In this document: positions 38,950 through 52,512 of the stretch, piece after piece | How positions within the stretch are numbered: position 1 is the stretch's first letter | How the letters are laid out: each line of letters opens with the position of its first letter | Assembly (NCBI RefSeq): GCF_006345805.1 | Contig: NW_021832995.1 | Coordinates: 1 to 64,000, forward strand | Direction of reading: 5' to 3' | DNA length: 64,000 nt | Source of the DNA: Octopus sinensis | Lineage: Eukaryota | Position numbers and translations under genes: made by a program | The notes under the pieces: generated by a model | What the model saw: only the letters and a program-made list of their open reading frames with translations | The model's database searches: none | What the model was told of the DNA's origin: nothing

Positions 38950-40521
38950 TATATGTATATATATATGCACACATATAATATTAATATATGTATATATACA
39001 TACAATACATACATACATACATGCATATATATATAAATATATATATATACATACATACAACATACATACATGTGTGTATGTGTAACCTCTGCCCTAAACA
39101 AGCGGGTTGAGCTAACTCTTTGTAACCTTTATTTTATTATGGGTGTATATAAGTGTATATATGTAGGTGTGTGTGCATATCTGAGTGGTATATAATGTAT
39201 ATGTACATCTGTGTATATATATATATATATATATAGTAAGTAAGCATATATGGATGGACTGATGGTGGAAGACACGGGTTCTAACCCAGAAACAAGTTTC
39301 TTTCGTTGAAATTTAGAGATCATCGGATTACTCACGTATGTATGCATGTATGTCATCATTTAGTTTATTTCAAGATTTCTTGCCAATAGCGAAAGAACCT
39401 GTTTCTAACCTTGATACAAGGCCCCTTCATTGGAATTTCAACATCAACAACAGAGTATTCTTGTATGTATGTTCATATGTATATGAATACATGTGTACTA
39501 GTATGGATAAACCGGCATCTGTGGATTTAAATACGTATAAACATAGGCATGTCCATCTATACATATGTTTACAAGTCTCTGTGTGTGTATATAAAGTTAT
39601 TACATGTTTAACTCCAGGAATGTCTTACATATTTTCACACCGCTTTTAATGCCTTCTAGCTGTAATTTCCTCTGTGTGTGTGTGTGTGTGTATTTACATA
39701 TATATGTATAGGTATATGAATGTATGTTAGGAAGTAGTTATACATCTGAATGTGTATATATATATATATAATATATATATAATCTACACATGCGCGCATA
39801 CACACACATATATGTAATGTATGTATATGTATAAGTATGTATGTGTGTTTGTATGTATATGTATGCTTATATATATATATGTATATATATAAACACGCAT
39901 GTCTGTATATGTGCATACATAAAATGTGAGTAAGTGCGTATGTGTGATTACGTACGTATGTATTTATGCATGTGTGTGTGTGTTTATGTATGAATCTGTA
40001 TATGGCCGTAATTTTGTGCATCTATATGTGAACATATGACCATCTGAATGTGTGAGTGTGGAGGTGGAGTTATATATATTGTATAATTCGTTTGGCGCTA
40101 GTTCTGACTACATACCTCGTTAACAAGGCATTGTAATGGATACGTGCAAAGGTAATAATGTACATACATGCATATGTATGTGTGTGTGTGTCTGTGCGTG
40201 GGTGTGTGTGTGTGTGTACATGTATGTCGATTACCATTTACACATCTCCCACCGCCACCACCTAGTATGTGGACTGGCTTGCTAAAAGACAGAGAGAGGG
40301 CTGGAGATAGAGAAATCAACACACACTCCCACACTCTCTCAAACACATACACATACAAATACGCTACTATACGTCCTCTTGTATGTAGATTGGCTATTTA
40401 AATAGAGAGAGAGAGAGAAAGGAGGGGGGGGAAACACGTACAGACACTTAGACGCCTTCATGCATGTAGAATGCATTGAGAGTTAGTTAGATAGATAGAT
40501 AGATAGATAGACAGACAGACA

Positions 40522-40560
<39 letters not shown>

Positions 40561-40705
40561 GCAGATAGATAGAAGATAGATAGATAGTAGATAGATAGAT
40601 AGATAGATGAGATAGATAGATAGATGGACAGGAACAAGTGGTTAGAATGAGACACATTACACACGGATTCATAACACACACATACATTGATATATATATA
40701 TATAT

Positions 40706-40747
<42 letters not shown>

Positions 40748-41011
40748 GTCTCTGAATACGTTTCAGTAATACTTTAATATTCTGACGGAACGATTAAGTA
40801 ACCACCATTTCATGTTGAGTCTAAAATGTAGGTCGACACCCCTACGGAGAGACTAACATAAGAAGCAAACAGTCCGACCGCCACTATAACTATCCTGCTA
40901 TGATTGTCAATTTTATGCAGCCATTTCAACAATATGGCTGCGAGAAAATACCTCCCGGGAACGCTCTGCATACTAAATACTACGAATAAATCAGGTCTCG
41001 TATATGTAAGG

Positions 41012-41547
41012 CATAAGGAATCCACCCGTGGGATTCAGCACACTAGAAAGAACAGCTAGTTTCTATAACCACAAAATTAGGGATAAAATTCGACAGGAAC
41101 GAAATGAAAAATATGAAAACATTTTACCATCTAGTTTCCTGGACCAATTGGTTTCTGGTTTTAGTTTAGCAAGCAAATAACATTTACCTGCTAGGTGAAA
41201 TCGTTCTCAACAGGTACACCTTAGTCGGCATTTTTTATTGCCAGCGAAGGGCTTCATCTGCGCAGTAGATTTTGAAGAAATTAGGATGTATAAACAAGAA
41301 GCACATAGTTGATCGCTTCGTGTTTATATATTTAATCTAAGGTGAACCTGTGGAGAACGATTTCACCTAGCGGGTAAATGTTATTTGCTTGCTAAACTAA
41401 AATCAGAAAGCAATTGGTCCAGGAAACTAGAGGGTAATTTTTTTTTAATTTTTCATTTCGTTTCTATCGAATTTTATCCCTAATTTTGTGGTTATTGAAA
41501 CTAGCTGTTCTTTCTAGCGTGTAAATCCCACGAGTGGATTCCTTATG
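41012..41547. mobile_element. Fold-back element with about 212-bp terminal inverted repeats
   Basis: 41012-41224 is inverted relative to 41337-41547, with a 112-bp spacer and possible TA target (TA-AGGAATCC...GGATTCCT-TA). Superfamily unknown. Confidence 0.85.
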
Positions 41548-41649
41548 TGTTTAAAGTACACTGATTTTATGACTACATATATATATATTATATATATTAT
41601 ATATATATAAATATTATATATATATTATATATATATATATCTATATATA

Positions 41650-42848
41650 CAGGGTGTCCCAAAAAATGTTATACACATCTTAAATAATTGTAAATTGGGG
41701 TTTATTATAATTCGAATAATTTTCAACACGTAAAATATCATTCTATTGTCTTGTTATCGCATGTTCTCAAACTGATGTCCGTTCTGCTCCAGACACTGCT
41801 GACAACGCGAAGCGATGGAATGGCACACATCATGGAACAATTCCCTTCATGTTCAATTCCATTCATGTTCAATGGTTGCCCTCAATTGAACGACTGTTGC
41901 AGGTTTCTGTGCGTAGACTTTGTCCTTTAGGTATCCCCATAAAACGAAGTCTAGTGGTGTGAGGTCTAGTGGCAAGATCCCATCAAGAAAAGATCTAACA
42001 TCGTAGTGTGGAGGTGCCCCATCTTGCTGGAAATAAAACTCTTCCTGTTCAAAGTCCTCTCTAATGCTTGGCATGACAGACTGTTGCAGCAAGTTCAAGT
42101 AAACGGGACCAGTCACAGTAGCGTCTAAAAAGAAAGGTCCAATTAATCCTCGTGAAGATAAGCCACACCACACTGTAATTCCTGGTAAATTAACAAGGTG
42201 TTCCACCATAACCTGTGGATTCTCAGGTCCCCTGTAGGTGTAATTAGTCTGTTAATCGAACCATTTAATTTGAATATGGCCTCATCACTCCACACAATCT
42301 TTGTAGGAAAGTGTGCATCTTCGTTACATCGTTCCAAGCACCACTAGCAATACTGTACTCTTCGGTCTGGATCATCGTCATTAAGAGCATGGACTAATCT
42401 TGGAATGTAACTTCTCCATTGACAACGTTTCATGATGCGATGGACAGATGATTTTGAAATGTCTACCTCACGACTAGCTTGCCGCAAAGACTTTCTTGGA
42501 CTTCGTTGAAAAGTTTCCAGTAATCTTTCTTCTTTTGTGGGGCTTGTCGAAGTACGTGGTCTTCTGGAACGCTTCTTATGGACGTCCTGAACAGTTCCAT
42601 CAGCTTCAAACTTATCTCTAATTCGAGTGATGGTAACTCGTGTTGGTGGTTCTTTGTTAAACTCCCGCCTAAATTGTCTTTGCACTTCTACTGCGTTTTC
42701 ATACTTCCAGTAGCATTTTAGAATGAATTTCCTTTCTTCAAAGTCAAGTCTGGCTGCCATAACTCGGTTCAATGGGTTCTTTCTATAAAGAAAGAATAAA
42801 TAATTGAGTTATCAGCTGCTAAAATGTGTATACTTTTTTTGAGACACC

Positions 42849-42851
<3 letters not shown>
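41650..42851 (-). mobile_element. Tc1/mariner element (DD41D/rosa-like) with a disrupted transposase
   Basis: About 28-bp TIRs CAGGGTGTC(C/T)CAAAAAA..TATACACAT with TA flanks. Motifs [42 protein letters not shown] and [18 protein letters not shown] are present, with a stop, frameshifts and a deletion of the WIGR..WPPRSP segment. Confidence 0.92.
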
Positions 42852-42904
<53 letters not shown>

Positions 42905-42905
<1 letters not shown>

Positions 42906-43350
42906 TGGGCTGCCCGGAAGTTCGTGCCGATTTATAGTAGCTTATTTTCGACTTATTTTAGAACATGGTTGAGTCCATAAAATAGGATTTGGCTATACCT
43001 CCATTTAGAGGACAGTTTAAACTATCTTTTCGAGGAAGAAGGTTTATGTTCCTATAACCTGTGTTAATTCTGTGACCCGTTAAAATGGAAGATAAGAAAG
43101 TTCATTTTCGGCACTTGATGCTTTGGGAATCAGACAAAAATTGCTGCAGCTCGGCTGGGATGTGTTACCCCACCCTCCATATTCACCAGATATTGCTCCT
43201 TCGGATTTCCACTTATTCAGGTCTCTGCAGAATAGTCTTAATGGTAAAAATTTCAATACCTTGGATGACGTAAAAAGATACCTTGATGAATTCTTTGCTA
43301 TGAAACCACATCAATTCTGAAAAGAAGGTATTTTCAAGTTAAAGTTAAAG
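42905..43350 (+). mobile_element. Second copy of the deleted mariner MITE (3' TIR lost)
   Basis: Same 5' TIR and same MEDKKVHFRHLMLWE / LPHPPYSPDIAPSDF deletion junction as 12143-12766. Confidence 0.9.
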
Positions 43351-43460
43351 GAAAATATATATATATATGTATATATATATATATGATGTATGTATGTATA
43401 TATGTATATGTATATATGTATATATATATATGTATATAGATATATATATATGTATATATA

Positions 43461-43493
<33 letters not shown>

Positions 43494-43691
43494 ATATATA
43501 TATGATATATATATATATATATGTATGTGCGTAATGTATATATATAATGCATATGTATATATATATATATATATTAATTTTATATATGTATAATGTATAA
43601 TGTATATATGTTATATATATGTATATGTATTAATATATTATATGTATAGTATATATATGTATATGTATATGTATATATAAATATATATATA

Positions 43692-46600
43692 TAACTTAGA
43701 ATAACTTAGAAAGGTTTTGGCCAGTATTGGCCCAGGCCATGTCTAACTTAATAGCACCACCTGGCGAAGTCTTTCAGTTCAGGATTTGGGCACCAAGGCC
43801 CATTCGAGCAGAGAGTTGTTGTTTGCGGAGACATATCCGGGTGTGGGTGGTTTGTCCGGTACTGTTTGAAGGAATTTGTCCAAAGACTTCTTGAATTTTG
43901 TGTGGTCAGTTTCTTTTTTGACGTGTCCTGGTGTAATGTTGAAGAGAGCGGGTCCAATTGAGGTGAAATAGTTGTGCCGTATTGTCGTTATGTGATGCGA
44001 TTTAGATTTTTGTTGTGGACGGATGGCACGTGGTCCAAGCCTTGGATGCATTTTGAAGGTGATGCCAACATCATTCGGACAGTGCTGATGGAAATTTTCC
44101 ACATCATACAGATAATGTAGCGTTCACGGCGTCGTTGGAGTGAATGCAATTTCAGCTTCTCTAGTCTACCCCAGTAGTCAAGGTCTGACATGCCATCTAT
44201 CTTTTTTGTGATTGACCTTGGGGAGCTTCAATTCTCATAATATTTTGTTTGGTGTAGGGAGACCACAGTGGACAGCAGTATTCAAGGTGGGGTCGGGCAA
44301 AAGTGGAGAAGAGAAGGATAATAGCGTGGGAATCTCTCGACTGGAAGGTTCTGAGAATCCAGGAACACATTCTGCGGGCCACGTCAACTTTGCTGCTTAT
44401 ATGTGTAGCCCAGCTTATGTTGTTGTCCACTGTTACTCCCAGGTCTCTGATGTTGTTGGATGCCATGAGAATTTCTCCAGAAGGAAGAGAGTATGGGAGT
44501 TTCAGAGCGTCCTCCCTTCCAAAGTGGATCAGTTCGAATTTGTCTTCATTTAGCAACATGTTATTCTTTTCCGCCCATTGGACAACAGCCAGTAGGTCTG
44601 ACTGAAGGTTTATTCGGTCATCCACGCCATTGATGACCTTCTGGAGCTTGGAATCATCAGCGAAGGTTCTGATGTTACTGTGTTTGATGGTGTCAGTAAT
44701 ATCATTTATGTAGATGAAGAGAAGTGGGCCCAACACAGTGCCTTGTGGGACACCACTGCTGACTTTGGCTGGGCTGGATTTGACTCCTTCGACTACAACA
44801 TGTTGGGTTCTGTTAGACAGGAAGCACTTGATCCACTGCAGCAGCTTTCCAGTGACACCAATATTGGACAGCTTTCTCAGAAGGATCTTATGATCAACCC
44901 TGTCAAAGGCCTTGCTGAAATCAAGGTAGATGACATCAGTGTTGGAACCTTCTCCCAAGGCTCTCAAAATGTCATCAAAATGATGCAGCAGCTGCGTCAG
45001 GCAATCTCTCCTATTACGGAATCCATGCTGGTTGGGGTTCAGCATATTATGACTCGCAAGGAAGTGAGTCATACGCGATCTCAGCACCCTCTCAAATACC
45101 TTGATGATATACGAGGTGAGTGAGATTGGACGGTAATTCACGGCAAACGATTTGTTTCCTTTTTTGAAAACTGGGACAACAGACTGGGATAGAAGGTCTT
45201 CTGGTATATATCCAGCATCCAGTGAGTTCCTCCACAGATTGGCTAGAGGGGGTGCAAGTTGGTTTTGACACATCTTCAAGACACAAGCAGGGAACCTATC
45301 GGGACCTACTGCTGAATTATGCTTCATTTCCTTTATTGCTGCTAAGACATCAGGGGCGCCAAATGTTATGTCCGATAAAGTGTATTGGGGAGTAACATCA
45401 CTGATACAGCCCAGATCAGTCATATCAGGATTGCTGAAAACAGAGCAATATTGTTTCTGCAATATCTCTCCCATGGTTTTGGCATTGTCTTGAAGAGTAC
45501 CATTTTCATCAATCAGAGGGCCAACAGTAGAACCAGTGACTCTGTGTTCTTTTGCAAATGAAAAGAACACTTGGGTGATTGAGTTTGATCTTCTCAATGG
45601 CCCAGGCCTCTTCAGCTCTTCGCTGACTATTGATGATAGACATCATGTTGTTTTGGAGGTTATGTTTTTTAATCTCTAGCGACGAGATGGCAGTCAGGTT
45701 GGTGTGTTGCTGTTGACAGTATTTCAGCATGTTGATCTTTTTGTTGATTCTTTAATTTTCCTTATGAGAGATTTTCTATTTCTAGGGATTCGACACTTAG
45801 ATTTGTTTGCAGATCTTAATGGGGTGTGTCTTGCACATATGTTCGTGATGGTGTCTACAAGTGACTGCCAGGACTTTTTGATGTTAGTGGGTGTGTATGT
45901 GTGCGTGAAGGACCAATCGACTTGTGCAAGATCATTATTGATCGCTTCCCAGTTTGCATTGTGGAAATCCATAGTGTCAAATGGATGAACAGGAGGGATG
46001 ACATTTGTTTTGCATTTTGGCCAGTGAAATCTCAGATCACAGAGAACCATGTCATGGTCGGAGAGTAGGGTTTTCTCCACTGCAATATTGTGGATAGTAT
46101 CAGTGTGATTGCTGAAAATTAAGTCAAAGACGTTTTTGTGACATCTCGTTGGTTCGAGTACCAGTTGGGACAAGAAGAAGTCATCCATGAAGTCAAGAAG
46201 CGATTCCACTGCCTCCCTGTCAGGGTTGAGAGAGAAGAACCTGGCGGCAGATGTTTGTAGACCAGTCAACCCCGGGAAGGTTGAAGTCTCCCATCATTAA
46301 AATGTTGTCAGGTTGACACTGCTGAATGAAACACTTTATGCTGTTGAGGCATTCCTTGAAGCATGGTAGGGGCGTTGGGTGGTCTGTAGAGCCCAACTAC
46401 TGTTAAGTGTTGGTTTGACTGAATACAGCGACTGCTTCGCAGTATCCATTGGAAAATATGTTCATGGCTTCTGTTGAGAATGAATCATGGACATAAATGG
46501 CAGTCCCACCCTTTCTTCTGCCAGCACGATCAGCACGAATGGTTTTGAAATTTTTAACTTTCACCTCGGCTTCCAAGTGGAGGTCACTAAGATGGGTTTC

Positions 46601-46858
46601 AGTGAGGACGAAGAGAAAGGATGTGGTTTGGATGGGCCTCGACCCAGTCCTCCAGGAATCTTATCTTCCATTTTTTGTATTGGTGGAAGGGCTGATGCCT
46701 TGGGCATTAAGCAGAAATGTTGAGGCGAGAGTGGATGGTTTTAATGTTTTGGTGATTTGTTTATTTGATTGCTTTTTAATGGCATGTGTAGTGGGGTAAT
46801 AGTGGTGGATGGTGGTGGGTGATAGCTCGGATGTTTTTTTCTAGTTCTTTTGTGATTC
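43692..46858 (-). mobile_element. CR1/L2-group LINE with near-complete ORF2 (APE + RT) and frameshifts
   Basis: APE motifs NAQG, LTETHL, RADRAGRRKGGTAIYV, YRPP and MGDFNLP (46250-46740). RT core, C-terminal LERRRERY-type motif, 3' stem-loop and (TTCTAAGTTA)2 tail. Confidence 0.95.
44197..45597 (-). CDS. LINE reverse transcriptase core (466-aa open segment of ORF2)
   Basis: NYRPISLTS, QHGFR, YLDFSKAFDRVDH, SGVPQGTVLGPLLF, FADDSK, RDLGV and RPHLEYCCPLWSP. Confidence 0.93.
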   Translation of the reverse strand: MRRSNSITQVFFSFAKEHRVTGSTVGPLIDENGTLQDNAKTMGEILQKQYCSVFSNPDMTDLGCISDVTPQYTLSDITFGAPDVLAAIKEMKHNSAVGPDRFPACVLKMCQNQLAPPLANLWRNSLDAGYIPEDLLSQSVVPVFKKGNKSFAVNYRPISLTSYIIKVFERVLRSRMTHFLASHNMLNPNQHGFRNRRDCLTQLLHHFDDILRALGEGSNTDVIYLDFSKAFDRVDHKILLRKLSNIGVTGKLLQWIKCFLSNRTQHVVVEGVKSSPAKVSSGVPQGTVLGPLLFIYINDITDTIKHSNIRTFADDSKLQKVINGVDDRINLQSDLLAVVQWAEKNNMLLNEDKFELIHFGREDALKLPYSLPSGEILMASNNIRDLGVTVDNNISWATHISSKVDVARRMCSWILRTFQSRDSHAIILLFSTFARPHLEYCCPLWSPYTKQNIMRIEAPQGQSQKR

Positions 46859-47129
46859 ATATATACATATATATATATATGTATATATATATATATTGTA
46901 TATATGTATAGTATATATATATATGTATATATATGTATATGATATATATATTGATATATATATATGTATATATATATGTATATGTATATGTATATATAGA
47001 TATAGTATATGTATATATATATATGTATATATATATATAGTATATAGATATAATGTATATATATATGTATATGTATAAATATATATATGTATATGTATAT
47101 GTATATATGTATATGTATATATATATATA

Positions 47130-47355
47130 TAAACAATTCCATTTTTAAAGGTGTAGCGTTTATACAAGTCTGGACAGAATTGACATATCGATTCTATTCT
47201 AGCAAAAACTGACCGATGAACGGCAACGGGAAACTCAGAGTAACAGGTTTTGTAGAATTGTCTGCTGCTTTAAATAGAGCATATTACTCTACCACTGGTA
47301 ATTTGAGTACTCTTTTTTCCCACCTTGTTTCACATTTATGTGTTTACTCCGGTAT
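47130..47355 (+). mobile_element. Penelope-like LTR relic with a decayed hammerhead (47204-47251)
   Basis: AAAAACTGA-CCGATGA-A-CG/GCAA/CG-G-GAAA-CT/CAG/AG-TA^-ACAGGTTTT. The core has U4>C and an unpaired 10.1/11.1. Confidence 0.5.
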
Positions 47356-47370
47356 ATATATATGTATATA

Positions 47371-48242
47371 TATATAGAAAATAGTAAAAGGTGAAAAAAC
47401 TACAGAAGGCTTAAAGGTTAAAAAATATATATATTTGCGTCAATATGTCTGAAGAATATTAAATTTTTTTTTTCCCCTTACAATGACATAATTTAGAAGA
47501 AAGACCGGTTTCGCGTTTAGCTTTTCAAATTTCTTACGACGTTATGTTTATGTTGAATAGAGTTATCGTTATGTTTATGTTTAAAAGAGTTCTAAATAAG
47601 GGGAGGTAATGAGTGATTTCTTCCGGTGTAAGGGAGATAATCGCTTAAAATTGTTTTTCCTTTCCCTTGGTGTGAATTTCTCTGTATCAGTATGTTGGCA
47701 TGGTTAAGTCTGGGTTTGTACTTTTCAATGAAGAATGTTTCCTTGTTTAGTCTAATGATACCTTTTAGTGAGCACATTGAGAAATGCGCAAAGCAACTAC
47801 TACCACAATTTTTAATCTTTCCATTTTACCAATGTGCTATCGGATCATCAACACAAATTAGACTAAACAAGGAAACATTCTTCATTGAAAAGTAAAAACC
47901 CAGACGTAACCATGCCAACATACTGATACAGAGAAATTCACACCAAGGGAAAGGAAAAAAAATTTAAGCGATTATCTCCCTTACACCGGAAGAAATCACT
48001 CATTACCTCCCCTTATTTAGAACTGTTTTAAACATAAACATAACGATAACTCTATTCAACATAAACATAACGTCGTAAGAAATTTGAGAAGCTAAACGCG
48101 AAACCGGTCTTTCTTCTAAATTATGTCATTGTAAGGGGAAAAAAAAAATTTTAATATTCTTCAGACATATTGACGCAAATATATATATTTTTTAACCTTT
48201 AAGCCTTCTGTAGTTTTTTCACTTTTTACTATTTTCTATATA
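47371..48242. mobile_element. Penelope-like element 3' end with an inverted pseudo-LTR
   Basis: 386-bp near-perfect inverted repeats (47371-47756 and 47857-48242). The spacer plus right arm encode SEHIEKCAKQ..FLIFPFYQC..RLNKETFFIEKYKPRLN, typical of the C-terminus of Penelope GIY-YIG endonucleases. Confidence 0.8.
48077..48115 (+). ncRNA. Minimal type I hammerhead, U3:A8 variant (mirror copy at 47497-47535, minus strand)
   Basis: AAGAAA-T-TTGAGAA-GC/TAAAC/GC-GAAA-CCGG-TC^-TTTCTT. The mirror copy has TTGAAAA. Confidence 0.55.
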
Positions 48243-48249
48243 TTCAACC

Positions 48250-48405
48250 ACGTGCTTTCACAAACCAACTTTCTTATGTATATATATATACATATATATA
48301 TATGTATATGTATATATAATATGTAATGTATATGTATACATATATGTATATATATATATGTATATGTAATAATGTTATATATAGTATATAATGTATATAT
48401 AAGTA

Positions 48406-48453
<48 letters not shown>

Positions 48454-48457
48454 AAAC

Positions 48458-48490
<33 letters not shown>

Positions 48491-49024
48491 CATGTATATA
48501 TACATATACATATATATATACATATGCATATATATATATAATACATATATATATACATATACATATATACATATATACATATATGTATATACATATACAT
48601 ATATACATATACATATATATATATATACATATATTAGACATAATAACATATATATACATATATATATTATATATATATTATACATATACTATATATACAT
48701 CATATATATATATATACATATATATACATATATATACATATATTATATATATATATACATATATATATATGATATATATGATATTATATATATATATCAT
48801 ATATATATATATATAATATATATATAACAATATATATATATATATAATATATACATATATATATATATATATACATGTATATTACATATACATATATATA
48901 TACATATGCATATATATATTATAATACATATATTATACATATACATATATACATAATACATAAGTATATACATATACATATATACATATACATAATATAT
49001 ATATACATATATATATACATATAC

Positions 49025-49077
<53 letters not shown>

Positions 49078-49137
49078 CAATATACATATACATATATACA
49101 TATATATACATATATATAATATATATATATATATGTA

Positions 49138-49190
<53 letters not shown>
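48250..49190. repeat. About 940-bp compound (TA)/(TACA) microsatellite
   Basis: Direct inspection. Similar tracts occur at 3990-4240, 19045-19290, 43350-43690, 46860-47130, 52040-52510, 54700-54945 and 56760-57540. Confidence 0.97.
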
Positions 49191-49191
<1 letters not shown>

Positions 49192-49194
<3 letters not shown>

Positions 49195-50882
49195 CATCAA
49201 CATTGAAGATGATGATATCACACTAGCTATAGATGAGATTGACACAACTCAACTGCTGGACCTGATGGATTTCCAGCGATCCTTCTCAAATCGTGCAAAC
49301 GAGCCCTTGAAAAACCGCTACAGCCTCTTTTTCAGAGCTTTCTTGCAAGTGGTAAGCTCCCAGTCAAATTGAAAGAGGGGGGATATGCCCTATCCATAAG
49401 GGAGGTAGCAGAGCAGATGCTAAAACTTATAGGCATATCTCTCTGACCTCACACATCAGCAAAGTCATGGAACGAATAGTCCGCAAGAAACTAATCATGT
49501 TCCTTGAAGAAAATGACTTGCTGTCTGACACCCAGCATGGATTTCGACCAGGTAGAAGCTGCCTAACACAGCTCCTGCAACACAATGACTGGGTGTTAAA
49601 ACAGCTACTAAATGGGTCAAATGTGGATGTAATAGATCTCGACTATGCAAAAGCCTTTGATAAAGTAGACCATGGTATGATCTGTCACAAACTGCGTGGT
49701 CTCGGCATAGGCGGAAAACTTAGAGAGTGGCTGCACAACTTCCTAAAAGACAGAAGACAGGCAGTTGTGAGCAATGGAGCCACATCCAAGGAAACACAAA
49801 TAACAAGCGGTGTTCCACAGAGCACTGTCTTGGGGCCACTGCTGTTCATAGTGGCCCTTTAAGACATGCCCTCAATTGCTCCGATGGCCACATTTGCTAG
49901 CTATGCAGATGACACAAAAGTCTCCCACACAATACAAAACCCTGAAAATATTGCGCATCGGCAACAGGAGTTGGATAAAATATACAGGTGGGCGGAGGAC
50001 AACACATGCAGTTAAATGCAGTAAGTTCCAGGCCCTGCGCTACCGGCACACAAAGGTAAACGACATGCAGACTGGATACACTGGCCCAGGAAGAATTGCA
50101 ATCCCTGAGTCAAAATCAGTGCGTGACCTAGGCATTGACATGAGCAATGATGCATCTTTCCAAGTGCATATTACTAATCTGGTGATAAAATGCAGACGGC
50201 TAGCTGGATGGATTCTCCAAACTTTCAGAACAAGTGAGAAGAAGACACTGACGGTCCTCTGGAAAACATTCGTCCTCAGCCGCTTGGACTACTGCTCCCA
50301 ACTATGGTCACCACACAATATAAAACTAACAGCAGAACTCGAAGCAATTCAGAGAAGCTACACAAAGAAGATCGTCTCAATGCAAAATATCAGCTACTTG
50401 GAAAGATTGAAAGCATTAAACCTCTTCTCCCTGGAGCGGAGGCGGGAAAGATATACATCTGGAAAATCCTGGAGGGTCTTATCCCAAACTTTGGCATTCG
50501 AAGCTACCCCAACCGCAGAACGGGGCGCCACTGCATGGTGCCAAAGATTCCAACGTCACCATCAAAATACAGGTCCAGATACTGCAACAGCTTGGGTTTC
50601 AGAGGACCACAGCTCTTTAGCATCCTCCCTAAATGTCTGAGAGACTTACATGGTGTGGATGTGGGTTTCTTTAAAACTAAACTGGATCTCTTCTTGTCGG
50701 GAGTCCCAGATGAACCTGTCTCACGGCAGGAGACGCAGATGCGGGCAGCAGCATCGAACTCCCTTGTTGATCAGGTGCCACGTATCAGAGGTGGATTCAC
50801 ATATTAGTGTAGCTCATTCAGCGGTGGTGCCCCAACATGGCCGCGGCCTTCGGGCTAAAACATTTTAGGGATTTAAGGATTT

Positions 50883-50883
<1 letters not shown>
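49192..50883 (+). mobile_element. 5'-truncated, degenerate CR1/L2-group LINE
   Basis: QHGFRPGRSCLTQLL, LDYAKAFDKVDHG, SGVPQSTVLGPLLF, SYADDTK and SRLDYCSQLWSP. The 3' end is CATGGCCGCGGCCTTCGGGCTAAAAC plus a TTTAAGGA tail. Confidence 0.93.
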
Positions 50884-50948
<65 letters not shown>

Positions 50949-50950
<2 letters not shown>

Positions 50951-51354
50951 TTGGCATCGAGAGTTACACAAATGCCAGAACTGGGCGCCACTGCGTGATG
51001 CCTAGGACTCCAAATTTGCCATCAAGATGTAGGACAAGATACCGTGATAGCCTGGGCTTCCGAGGCCCACAGCTCTTCAATATCCTCCCGAAGAACCTAA
51101 GAGACCTACATGGGGTGGATGCAGATGTCTTCAAAATGAAGCTGGACCCCTTCCTGTCAGGTGTCCCAGATGAACCAACTTCACGGCAGGAGGTGCAGAT
51201 GAGGGCAGCTGCATCGAACTCTCTCATGCACCAAATGGCAGTTGCTAAAAAGCTTTCGTGAAGTAAAACCATGTAGCAACACCAAATGGCGGTGCCCCAG
51301 CATGGCCACAGCTCATGAGCTGAAACTAGAATGAATCAAATGAATCATGAATCA
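50949..51354 (+). mobile_element. Short 3' fragment of a CR1/L2-group LINE
   Basis: SLGFRGPQLFNILPKNLRDLHGVD..KLDPFLSGVPDEP and an (ATGAATC)n tail. Confidence 0.92.
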
Positions 51355-51407
51355 TATATATACATATATACATAATACACCTATATATACATATATACAT
51401 ATATATA

Positions 51408-51449
<42 letters not shown>

Positions 51450-51480
51450 TACATATATACATATATATATACATATACGT

Positions 51481-51947
51481 ATAAATAATTTTAAAAATAA
51501 GGGCAAAAGAAAAATTCTAATGCCAAATATGCCGAAAAAAAGACAAAATTGTCAATAACCATTATAATTTATGCGTCTCGAAACAAACCGATAGAAATTT
51601 CTAAAAAAATCCGTTATTACCTTATTGGTCCCAATTTTGGATATATTTGGATATATTTTGGATATATTTGGGGTACTTAGGTCTGCTCAGGACTTAGTGC
51701 TTGCTTTTTCCATGGGTATAAGTAAGTATTTCACTTATATCTCACGTATTTAAAGTTGAAGAGGGGAAAATTCTTATGAATTAACCCCGAAATTGGGACC
51801 AATACGGTAATAACGGATTTTTTAGAAATTTCTGTCGGCATACTTCAAGACACAATTAAACTATAAAGGTTATTGACAATTTTATCGTTTTTTCGGTATA
51901 TTTGGCATTAAAATTTTTCTATTGCCCTTATTTTGTAAATTATTTAT
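51481..51947. mobile_element. Inverted repeat of about 157 bp around a hammerhead-like motif (Penelope-like pLTR pair)
   Basis: 51481-51638 is inverted relative to 51789-51947. The motif is TTGAAGA(51756-62)-GGGG..CCCC-GAAA-TTG/GGAC/CAA-TA^. Confidence 0.65.
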
Positions 51948-52051
51948 AAATTTAACCTTTAAAGGTATTTTTGGATATGCTGGCCATTGATAAAATTTTT
52001 TCTCGAAAAAAATTTTACCCACAATATTTACATATACATATATATATATAT

Positions 52052-52100
<49 letters not shown>

Positions 52101-52512
52101 CATATATACACATATATATAGATATACATATATATATACATATATATATATACTTACATACATATATATATATACAATCCCACCATTTATTGATCTCTCT
52201 CTCTCTCTATATATATATATACATATATACACATATATATAGATATATACATATATATTAACATAATACATATATATATATATACTTACATACATATATA
52301 ATATCTATATCATATATACATCTATATACAATTATATATATATATATATATATCTATATATACATATATATATTACGTATCACATACATATACATATATA
52401 CATATATACATACATATATACATATATATATATACACCATATACTTATATATAATAATATATAAACATATATACATATATACATATATATGTATATTTAT
52501 ATATCATACATA

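Noticed and set aside
39255-39310. CGGGTT..AACCCAGAAAC, resembling the 63-kb stem II
   Set aside because: The CUGANGA box is not in register and stems I and III are missing.
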